Part shown: positions 27,901-39,900 of the stretch, in pieces
Layout of the letters: every line of letters begins with the position of its first letter
How positions within the stretch are numbered: position 1 is the stretch's first letter
Source: Mobula hypostoma
Lineage: Eukaryota
Length of the DNA: 64,000 nucleotides
Reading direction: 5' to 3'
Assembly (NCBI RefSeq): GCF_963921235.1
Contig: NC_086097.1
Span: 155,188,001-155,252,000, forward strand
The notes under the pieces: model-generated
Told to the model about the DNA's origin: nothing
What the model saw: only the letters and a program-made list of their open reading frames with translations
Database searches by the model: none
Translations under genes and position numbers: made by a program

Positions 27901-30900
27901 GACTGTTTTCCTTGGAGTGAAGGAGTCTGAGAGATGATGTTACAGAGGTTTATGAAAATATCAGAGGCACAGATAGGGGAGACAGTCATTCACTTTCCAG
28001 GAGAGGGCAGTCAAAACAAAGAGGGCATTGGTTTAAGATGAGAAGGAAGAATTTAAAGTGGACATGAGTGGTACGTTTCTTGCACAGTGGGTGGTGGGAA
28101 AATGGCATGTGCTGCCAGAGGAAGTGGGTGAGGTGGGTACAATTACAAATATAGGGCAAGTCGGGACATAATTTGGAAATATTTAGAGGGATATTGGCCT
28201 AATGCAGCCACATGGGATCATCTTGGACAGGCATTTTGGTCAGTGTGAACCAGTTGGGCAGAAGGGCCTATTTCTGTGGTGTATAATGCTACGGATACAG
28301 TATGTAACCAAAGACTTATGCAAATTTCTACAGAAGTACTGTGGACAGCATTCTAATAGGTTGCATTGCTGTCTGCAATGTAGCAGCCACCGTGCAGAAT
28401 CAGAAAAAGCTGCAGAAAGTTGTAAACTCAGCCAGCTCTATCATGGGCACTAGCCTCCCAAGCATCGAGCACATCTTCAGAAGGCGATGCCTGAAAAATG
28501 CAGCATCCATCATTAAGGAACCCCATCATCCAAGACATACCCTCTTCTCTTTGCTACGATCACTGAGAAGGTACTGGAGCCTGAAGACACAAATTCAGCT
28601 TTTCCCCCTCCACCATCAGATTTCTGAATGGACAATTAACCCATGAACATTACCTCACTCTTTTTTCATATATTATATAGATTACAATTCTCATTGTAAT
28701 TTATCTTTTTTATAATGTACTGCTGCTGGAAAACAACAACTTTCATGGCAGCTGACAGTGATATTAGCCCCGATTCTGATTCCGATTAAAATAAGGTGTA
28801 AGGTAATACATTTGGGGATGGACATGCACATTTCCCAGCTGTGGAATTAATGCCAAATGTGAAAGATCGGTGACAGTCTCATTACCCAGTGGCCCGACCC
28901 TCACTGTCACTGCCAAACACACTTTCCAACTTACAGGAAAACCGAGCCTACAACACAAGAATGAGAACATCTGCAAATGCTGGAAATCCAAGCAACACAA
29001 AATGCTGAAGAAACTTAACAGGCCAGGCAGCATCTACAGAAAAGAGCAAACAGTCGGAGTCGACAGAATCTCCCGGTGGCCAACCATTTCAATTCTACTT
29101 CCAATTCCCATTCCGACATGTCAATCGAAGGCTGCCTCTAATGCCGCACTCAGGCTGGAGAAGCAACACCTTATATTCCATCTGGGTAACCTCCAACCTG
29201 ATGGCCTGAATGTATATTTCTCGAGCTTCCGGTCATTGCTCCACTCCACCTTCAATTCCCGCGTTCCCTTTTCCCTCCCTCACCTGATTTCCTTACTTGT
29301 ACGTCAGCATCCTCTGGTGCTCCTCCCCCTTCCCTTTCTTCCACAGTCCTCTATCCTCCCCAGTCAGATTTCCCCTTCTCCAGCCTTTTGTCTCTTTCAC
29401 CCATCTGCTTCCCAGCTTCTTACTTCATCTCTGCACCTCTCCCAGTTTCATCCATCACCTCCCACCTTGTACTTCCTCCCCTCTCCCCACCACCTTGCTT
29501 TCACTTCTCATCTTTTCTCTCCCAGTACTGATGTAAGGTCTCGGGCTGAAACGTTCACTATTTACTCCTTTCCATGGATGCTGTCTAGCCTGATGCGTTC
29601 CTCCAGCATCTTGTTTGTGTTTCTACAACACAAGCTTTGCATGGAGCATGTCAGCTTACCGTAAAGGCATAATTATTTATGACTTCCATGACGTCCCGTA
29701 AGAGGACTTCTGAGGTGAGGGCGAAGCCGTGATAAATGACAGGCTCACCGTTCCGTCCATTCCAGCATTCCAGTTCCATCCAGCGGCAGCCTTTATTCAG
29801 TTCACTGATGATGAGAGAGGATAAGACATACAATATAAATACAGTACAGGCCCTTCAGCAACCTCTTAATTTACTCCAAGATCAGACTAACCCTTCCCTC
29901 TCACATAGCCCTCCAATTTTATTTCATTCATGTGCCTATCTAAGAGTGACTTAAATGTTGCTAATGTATCTGCCTCTGCACAATGCCTGGAAGTCATTCT
30001 GACATTTCCCCCGCCACGACCTGTACTTTCCTCCAATGACCTTAAAATTGTGACCCGTCATATTTATGCCCTGGGAAAAGTCTCTGGTTGACCACTCTAT
30101 CTGTGCCGCTTATCAGGGTCCCAGAACAGATCCCTGCAGAACATCATCGGTCACTGATCTCCAAGCAGTTTATGATCCAACTACGACCAGCCTCTGTGTT
30201 TTTTGGGCAATCCAGTGCTGAATCCAAAAAGCCAAATGTCCCTGGATCCCATGCCTCTTGACCTTCTGAGTCCACCATGGGGAACTTCATCAAACCGAAT
30301 AAACTTTGCAATGGCACAGTTAAAGAGTTATACTGTGCAGAAACAGGCCATTTGGTCCAAACGGTCCACGTTAGTCAACATTGCAATCTGACCTCGTCTC
30401 ATTTGCCATCGTTTGATCCATATCCCCATAAATCTTTCCTATCTGTGAGTCTTTAAATGTGGTTAATGTCCTGTGTCTACTTCAAACACTTCCTTTGGCA
30501 GCTTGTTCCATATACTGATAACTCTCTTTGAGAAAGTTTTGCCCCTTGGGTTCAAATGAAGTTTCTGGCCCCTCACCTTAAAACTATGTCCTCGAGTTCT
30601 TGATTTCTCAACCCTAGAGAAAAGACTGTGCGCATTCACCCTAACTACACTCTTCGTGATTTTACACATTTCGGCAGGATCACCCTTCAGTTTCCTGTGT
30701 TCCAAGGAAAAAAGCCCCAGCTTGTCCAAAGTATAACTCAGGCTCTTGAGTCCAGAAAACATCGTTGTGAATCTCCTCTGCATTCTTTCCAATTTAATTT
30801 ATCTCTTAATATTGTTTTACATGCTGTATGTAACATGTGTACTGTGTTTTGCACCTTGGTTCCAGAGGAACATTGTTTAATTTATCTAATCTATATGCAT

Positions 30901-33900
30901 GATTGAATGAAAGTAAAACTAAACTTGAAATTAAGCCCAAACTTTCAGGTAACCATGTATTTCTACTCCAAGGTCTTTCTGTTCTATAATACTCTCCAGG
31001 GTCCTGCCATCAACTGTAAAGGTACGATTATGGTTTGACTTCACAAGAAAGCAGTATCTTGCATTCATCTGAATTAAACTCCATTTGCCATTCCTCAGAC
31101 CACATACCCAGCTGATTAAGATCCCTTTGTAAATCCTGATAATCATTTTCACTGTCTATGATACCAGTAATCTTGGCAATGACCATAGCCACAGGATTTT
31201 CACTATGCCAGGCCCGCAATGATCATACACCATAAAGCAGTCAGACTATAAGATACAGGAGTAGAATTAAGCCAGTTATTTCATTGAGTCTGCTCCATCA
31301 TGCTGATATATTAACCCTCTCAATTTCATTTGGATGCCTTCTTCCTGAAATCTTTGATATCCATACTAATCAAGAATCTGTCAACCTCCACTGTAAATGT
31401 GCTGAATGATTTGGCCTCCACAGCTGTCTGTGGCAATGAACTCTACAGATTCATCAATCCCAGCTGAAGAAATTCCTCCTCATCTCTGTTCTAAAGAGAT
31501 ACCTTTCCATTCTTGGGCTCTTGCCACTGGTCCTAAACTCTCGCACTGTAGGAAGTATCCTCTACACATTCACTCTATCCAGATTATTTAATATCCAGTC
31601 AGTTCAATGAGATTGACCTCCACCCTACTTCCCTCTTATCCTTCTCAATCCCATCAAGTACAGTCCCAAAGACATCAAACGATTTTCATACTTTAGAACT
31701 TTTGTCCTGGGATTGTTCCGGCAAATCTCCTCTGTACTAGCACATCTTTCCTTGGGAATGGAGCCTTAAAGCGCAAGGAATTTGTATGTTTTCCCCATGG
31801 CTGCATGGGTTCCTCCTGACACACCGGTTTCCTCCCACAGTCCCGAGACAAACCATTATTAGGATAATTGGTCATTGTAAATTGTCCTGTGATTAGGTGA
31901 CTGTTTACTAGGTGGGCAGTTGGACAGCGTGACTCGTTGGGCCAGTCGGGCCTGTTCCGAGCTGTATCTCAAAATAAAACAAAAAAGAAATACAATTGCT
32001 CACAATATCCCAAATGAGATCTGCCAAACACTTCACAAAGACTCAGCTGTACATCCTTGCCTTTATATCCCAGTCCTCTTGAAATGTACTAAGTCCCTTT
32101 CTGTAGCTCCCTTGAGAAATCCTAGGCTGCATTCTCCATCCCCCACCCTTTCGCATCAGCCAAAAACAGACTTAAAAAAACCTTTGCTGCCCATTTAATC
32201 CCAAGCCCCCTTCTGCAATATGGTGCCAGTACCTAATGAAGGTCTCGGTTATACTGGAACCGTCCAGCGGATTTCTGAGCAGGCAGGTGTTGTGAGAGGA
32301 AGAAATATAATATTGATCGAGTGGCTTTGTCATGTTTTGGTAAACCTTGTCGTGTTCTTGGTTGAAAATGTCCCCTCTCGGTGACATCAGGAAGAACAGA
32401 AATCCATCCTTGGTCATGAAGAAATGACGCTTCGCTAACAAAAGAACACACTGCTATTAATGCCATTCATGTATTACCTGCACTGTAATTAGGGTTATGA
32501 TTTCTTAAGATTAGCTTTATTTTTCACATGTATATCGAAATATGTAGGTGCGGTGAAATGTGTTATTTTCAGTTAATGACCAGCATAATCTGAGAATGTG
32601 CTGAGGGCAGCCCAGAAGTTTGTCCATGCTTCTGGCACCAACAAAACATGCTCATAACTTACTAACCCACACCCACCTGTGCTTGAAATGTGCAAGGACC
32701 TGGAGAAAATGCACGTGGGCACAGAGAAGACGTATAAATTACAGTAGTGATGAGGTTTGAACCTACATCGGTGATCGCTGGTACTGTAAAATGAGTGCAA
32801 TCCAGAAATTTGGTGTTGAAGAAAGGTAGATTCATGGACAAGCTTTTCTTTTCCTTGGAAGGTACTGCTTTCCCATTCATCGCTGAAAAACCAGACAAGA
32901 GTCTTTGACTGCAGCCTTAGAGATGTAGCTGCCATCTGGAAGACCAACAAAGAGTTTGAAGTCTGGCTTACCAATGTGGATAAATCAGGCTAAGCTGCCA
33001 GGATGTCATACTCCCCCGAATCTACTGCCCCTTGCTGGTATAAGGAAAACTCATGAAAACGGCTGAGGCTCTTGAAAGAATGACCCGTGGCTATCTTCGA
33101 AAATAGCTAGACCTCCATCGTCGCCTGAGCAGATTTGCTCTGTACAGGGAGGTGAATAAACTATAGCAGCCTGGACAAGGAGTTCATTGTTGCCTGCACA
33201 GGAGAATTGCTGCTGTACAGAGATTCCAGCGACCACGTCTTATCAGCAGGCACTGATGTCTGGACAGGCAGGAAATAGAAGGCCAAAGATGCAGTGAAGA
33301 TGGTTGAGTCACACCTGAGGCGCTGGGATCTGGTAGGGACAGTGGTGTCCGGTCAGGCAGGGTGGGACGATTTCCCTGCAACCCTCTTCAACAGAGATCA
33401 GGGTAGGGACAGATGCAGAATGGTACAGGAAGACTTGCGAGCAGCTATCAAAGAAGTGCATACCAACAGGGTGGTAGGTATGGGGCAACACTGAGCTGGG
33501 ATATGGTGGGAGGGTGCGCTGATACGGAAGATCTCCTGGTCCAACATCTGGCAGGCAGGTCCCCTGCACGTTGTTCTTTTCCAGATTGTGTAAAATTTCT
33601 TGCCAAGTCTCAGTCAACCTTTATGCTTGGGGCAAAAGTGAGGCAACATCATGTCTTCTCTGCCCTGGAACACATCCTCAGCAGCTGCCAAAAAGCCTTG
33701 CGACAAGGATGCTACTGCTGGTGCCATAACCAGCAGAATTGAGAATAAATGTGATCGAAGTGAATTTGACTATTGAATGATTGCTAGTGCCAGATGGGAT
33801 GTTTTGAGCATTTCAGAAACTGCAGATCTCCTGCAATTTTCATGCACAACAGTTTCAGGAGTTTACAGATAATGATGTAAAACAAAGAAAACTCCAGTCA

Positions 33901-36900
33901 GCAGCAGTTCTGTGGGCGGAAGTGCCTTGTTAATGAGAGAGGTTAGAGGAGAATGTCGAGAGTAGTTCAAGCTATCAGGAGAGGGACAGAAACGCAACTA
34001 ACCATGTGTTAAAACAGCGATATGCAGAAAAGCATTTCCGTATGCACAACACATTGAATCATGAAGTGGATAGACTACACCACACGCTACTGCCTTCTAC
34101 TGTGCCTATTGTCTTGTTTATTATTTATTGTAATGCCTGCACTGTCTTGTGCACTTTATGCAGTCCTGGGTAGGTCTGTAGTCTAGTGTAGTTTTTTGTG
34201 TTGTTTTACGTAGTTCAGTGTAGTTTTTGTATTGTTTCATGTAGCACCATGGTCCTGAAAAACACTGTCTCGTTTTTACTGTGTACTGTCCCAGCGGTTA
34301 TGGTCAAAATGACAATAAAAAGTGACTCAACTTGACTTGACTACAGTAGCAGAAGACCACGAACGTACACTCTGTTGTTACTTCATTAGATACCAGAGGT
34401 ATCTAATAAAGTGGCCACTTGAGTATATGTTCTGAGGTGACAGGTCATGTGATTAAACATCCCTAAAGTGTCGGCAACACAACTTCAAGGTGAGGGATGT
34501 GGCTTACCTTCCTCGTTTAATTCATACATCTGGATGAGATGTGATGCATTCTCCTGCGTCACACTCTCCCTTTGTTCCTTCCATAGGAACTCCTGGAGTT
34601 TTCCCACACTGATCAGCTGCTCCTTGTTGCAGTAGAAATCAAAGATGGTGGTGATCTCCTTGCGGTCCGTGAGCATGTGATGAAACTCTTTAATCTCCCT
34701 GCCACAGATGGTACCGTCTTTCGCCTTGTCACATTTCTGAGGGTGGAAGAAAGGACCAGAGACAGTTACGATGAAAGAACGGCCAAAATTGTATTGCTAC
34801 TGAATCTGTGCTGCCTTCACCCCAGTGAAAACAGTTCACCTCATTCAACCACTTTGCCAGAGAATATTGGGCCCTTTTATAAGAAAGTGTGCACTAGCAT
34901 TGGAGAGGGTCCAGAGGAGGCTCATGGAAATCATCCTGGGAAAGAAAGCCTCACTGCATAAGGAACAATTGAAGACTCTGGACTGGCGCTCACTGGAGTT
35001 TCTAACAATGAGGTTGGGGGGTGGCGGGGTGGCAAGGGGAATCTCATTGAAATCTACCACATATTCCAAGGCCCAGACAGAGTGGATGTGAAGGTGATGC
35101 TTCCTTTCGTGTTAGAGTCTGAGACCAGGAGGTACAGCCTAAGAATAGAAGGATGTCCCTTTACAAGTGTTGAGGGGTGATTCATTTAGCCAGAGGCTGG
35201 TGACACTATGGAATTCATTGTGACAAATGGCTGTGGAGGGCAAGTCAATGGCTATATTTAAAGCAGTGGTTGATAGGTTCTTGATTAGTAGGGGATTGAA
35301 GGTTATAGAGAGGAAGCAAGAGAATGCAGTTGAGAGGGATAATAAATCAGCCACGATGGAATGGCGGAGGAGACTGAATGTCCTAATTTGCTCCGATGTC
35401 TTATATTCCTTTGAATTTATGGTTAGTGGAGCAACACAGAGAAAATGTTGCAGGAACTGAGCAGGTCAGACAGCATTCATGCAGAGAAGTAAACAGTCTG
35501 CTTTATGGGCTAAGATCCTTCACCAGGACTGGAAAGGAAGGGAGCAGAAGCGAGAATCTGAAGGCATAGGAGGCTGGTAGGAGAAGCTGGCGGCTGTAGC
35601 TGAGACCAGATGAGGGGGAAGGTGACTGGGTGGGGAGGTGAGGATGAAGTAAAAAGCTGGGAGATGATTGGTGGAAGAGCTGAAAGGCTGAAGAAGGAGG
35701 ATTCTAATAGGAAACGAGAGTGGACCATGGAAGAATGAGGAGGAGGAGGAGGGGAACGACAGGAAAGTCATGAGCAGGTGGGAGCAAAGGGGGTGAGAGT
35801 GGAACCATGAAGAGGAATGGAGAAAGATTGAAGGGGAAAGGGGGAGAAAACACCATAAAGAAGAAAAATCTAATGTTCAGTAACATTACCCTTTCACCTC
35901 AGCTGCTCCAGCGAAAATAGTCCCAGTCTATCTAAGACTCAAGTTCTCTGGTCCCAGCAGTACATGTTCTGCAGTTTTCCAGCTTAATGACATCATTGAT
36001 GCCTGTCGCTGGTGGGTAAAGGAGAAGGAAGGTGCCGTGACATGCAGACGAGGGAGGCCTGGCTGTTAGTACAAAAATCTGACAGGCCTGGAACATCGAG
36101 TTGCGGGGAGAGATAGATGGGACAACACAGTAGCGTAGTGGTTAGTGTAAGTACAGGGTTCAATTCCTAACACAGTCTGTCAGGAGTTTCTACATTCTTC
36201 CCATGATTGTGTGGTTTTCCTCTGTGCTCTGCTTTCCTCTCACATCCCAAGACACGTGGGTTAGGTTTAGTGAGTTGTGGGCATGCTACGTTGATGCTGA
36301 CGCGTGAACTCAGTTGCGGGATGCTCCCAATACAGTATCAGATTGTGTTGGTTGTTGACACAAATGACACATTTTACTGTATGTTTTGATGTACATGTGA
36401 CAAATAAGGGTAACTATAAGGGTTCTCATTGTGATTGCATGCATTTCCCCAGCTGATCCAGTTTACTCCCACATTCCAAAAAAAGCAAGGTGACCCTTGC
36501 ACACTGAGCCCAGTACATAGATGGGCTGTGTCCATCTCCAAAACAAGGTACTGTATTTCACTGTATGCTTCGATACACACGTGACAAATAAAGCTTATCT
36601 GTCTTTTAGGCACCGCAGTAGGGTAGCGGTTAAAGTGACACTATTACACTCAAGTGGAGTTCAGAGTTCAATTCGACACCATCTGTACATTCTCCCCGTG
36701 ACTGCATGTCTTACCTCTGAGTGCTCCCATCTCCCTCTCACAGACCAAAGACGTACCAGTTAGTTGGTTAATTGGTCATTGTAAATTGTCCTGTAATTAG
36801 GCTGGGGTTAAATAGGTGTGTTGTTGGGCAGTGCACCTGAAGGTCCAGAAGTGCCTATTCCGCACTGTATCTCTGAATAACAATAATTAAATTAATTAAA

Positions 36901-39900
36901 TCATGAAGATACAGTAGTGTACCTTGAACAGGTCCATTGCATGCATACTATCCACTTCTATATTCATCATATGCATAAACTGCTTCACTTCTTCCAGCGT
37001 CATTTTGGCGTTCTTATCAATATTGGCCTTCTGCAGGTAAAGTTGGAACAATCTGCGAAGTGATGCAAGGAAACAACTCAAGCAGTGGGGTACAGCCCCA
37101 TCCAAACCCAAGCAATGGGGTACAATCCCATCCAAACCCAAACAGTGGGGTACAGTCCCATCCAATCCCAAACAGTGGGGTACAGTCCCATCCAAACAGA
37201 GGGGTACAGTCCCATCCAAACTCAAACAGTGGGGTACAGTCCCATCCGAACCCAAACAGTGGGGTGCAGTCCCATGAGAGTCACACACAGCAATGCACAC
37301 AAACATAGATAACAGACACACTCATGCAAAGACATATATACACACACACACAGATACACAAACACAAGTCAGTGACAATAAACATGATTCTGATTATGTG
37401 CTCTCATACCTATAGGCTTATGTACTTCTAAGTCAGGTTACGTGACTTGGAGGCGAAGTAGTTCCCACGTGCCTGCTACCATTGACTTCTACACGGGGGT
37501 GGACTTAGGTGCCAATGTCGAAGAAGACAATGGATGAAATGGTACCCTCCTTTTCTCACATACTTAGCAAAGGATACTGGTCCAGCTGCTCTCTCCGTTT
37601 CATGCTGGAGTTTCTGATCTTCAGTTTTGTAAGGCCATTGACCCAGTGCTGGGCCTCCTCAGCGCTGCTGGCCACCAGGTCCAGTTTAGTGTTCCTCTCC
37701 TTAAAGAGGATGGAGAAGCTGCAATCTGTGCGCTTCTCCAATATCACCTCTGACCAGTGGCCTGCCCTCACCTCTTGGATGTCAGCGATGGAGACTGGAG
37801 GGGATTGGGGGGTGGGTGGGTTAGAACAGCAACAGAGATCAGAACAAAATACTCAGATTCAGATTAATAAACACAAGAGATTCTGCAGATGCTGGAAATC
37901 CATATTAGCACACAGAAAATGCTGGATGGACTGAGCAGGTCAGGCAGCATCGGTGCAGAAAAATAAACAGTCAATGTATCAGATTTTCCGAAATTGGCCT
38001 GAGTCCTGATGAAGTGTCTCAGCTCAGAACGTCAACTCTTTATCTTCTCCAGAGAGCAGCCTGACCTGTAGATTCAGATTTATTTATTATGTGTACATCA
38101 AAACACACAGAATCCTCAAAGATCACCCTCAATCCAGACATGCACGCTTCTCCTCTCTCCCATCAAAATAAAAAAGCTTGAAAACACATATCCCCAGGCT
38201 CAAGGACAGCTTCTATCCCATGGACTCAGTTCTCTTTGCCTTATTGCAGGAAGGATGTGGCAGTTTCAGGAAGAGTGCAGATGAGATTTACCCAGATGCT
38301 GACTGGACTGGTGGGCATGTCTATGAACACAGGTTGAGCACACTATGGCTGAAATGAGTGCAGTTGATATTATGAAAGAGAAGGTACATGGAAAACTGGA
38401 AGGCCTGAGGTACATAAGACAAATGCACCAGGATAGACAAAGGAGAATCAATGGATGTTTTTTTACTTGGATTTGCATTGACAACATGTCGCACACGAAG
38501 CTGCTTAAGAAGAGCCCATGGTATAAGTTGCATGGACAGAAGATTGCCTGCGTAATGTGAGACAAACAGTGGGAATAAAGGGGGCCTGTTCTGTTTGGCT
38601 GTTGATAACATGTTGTGTTCCGCACACATTGTATATCAATAATTTGGATGACGAACTTGATCACTTTGTGGCCGGGTTTTCAGATGATGATACAAAGATA
38701 GGTGGAGGGGCAGGTAATATTGAGGAAGCAGGGTCTACAGAGAGATTTAGACAGATGAGGAGAACGGGCAAAGAAGTGGCAGATGGAATATAATTTAGGG
38801 ACGTGTATGTCATGCAATTTGGTCAAAGGAATAAAGGCATAAGACTATTTTCCAAATGGGAAGAAAATTAAAGATTCAGAAGTGCAAAGGGATTGGATGT
38901 CCTTGTTGAGGATTCCCTGAAGGTTAACTTGCAGGTTAAGTTGGTGGCATGGAAGGCAAACGCAATATTAGCATTCATTTCGAGAGGACAAGAATATGAG
39001 CAGGATGTAATGCTGAGGCTTAAATAGACATTGGTCAAATTGCACCAGTATTGTGAACAGTTTTGGGCCCCTTCAAAAAGATGTGTGGTATTGGAGAGCA
39101 TCCGGAAGTTGTTCATGAGAATGAGTCCTGGAATGAAAGGATGAACAGATGAGGAGAGTTTGCTGTCTCTGGGCCTGTAACTGTTGGAGTTTCAAAGAAT
39201 AAGGGGAGCTCTCATTTAAACCTAATGAATATTGAAAGTCCTACAAAGAGTGCATGTGGAGTGGATGTTTCCTGTAGCGGAGGACACGAGTACCAGAGGG
39301 TACAGTCTCAGAATAGAGGGATAGCCATTTCAAACAGAGATGAGGAGTGATTTCTTTAGCCAGAGGGTGGTGAATCTGTGGAGTTCATTGTCATGGATGG
39401 CTGTGGAGGTCTTCCTTGTCTCCATGGAGATCAAGTGGATAGCCAGAGATTTTTCACCCCCTCCAGAGTGAAAATGGCTATTATAAGGAGGCATAATGTT
39501 AAAGTGATCGGAGCAAAGTACAGGGTGGATAGCAGACGATGGATTTTTTTTTTTTTTACACAGTGTGGTGAGTGCATGGAACACATTGCTAGGCATGGTG
39601 GTAGAGGTAGATACATAAGGGACATTTGAGAGATTTCTTCTACCTCTGACCTCCAAGCTTCTTAGTTCAAACACCTTCCCAAAACCACAACCTTTCCTCT
39701 CACCTGGTGCACTGATCAGGTTGTATTTTTCCCCTCACCGACCCTCTCGTGATGGCTTCTGCTGCCTTCCTTTCCAGTCCTGATGAAGGGTCTTGGCCCA
39801 AAACATTGACAGTTTATATATATCCTTTCATAGATGCTGCCTGAGTTCTTCTGGCATATTGTGTGTGGTACTCTCAACAGATTCACCTTAACTCCCCCAA

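Noticed and set aside
28870..29664. 264-aa plus-strand ORF
   Set aside because: Runs through rearranged Penelope-derived and CT-rich sequence; no coherent domain.
36125..36410. tRNA-like heads (GTAGCGTAGTGGTTAG...GGGTTCAATTCC), also near 19360, 25725, 36620 and 54090
   Set aside because: Degenerate tRNA-derived SINE heads without a full cloverleaf; not tRNA genes.
37083..37275. Palindromic 30-bp repeats resembling a CRISPR array
   Set aside because: Units are contiguous with no unique spacers, there are no cas genes and the context is a eukaryotic intron; it is a minisatellite.
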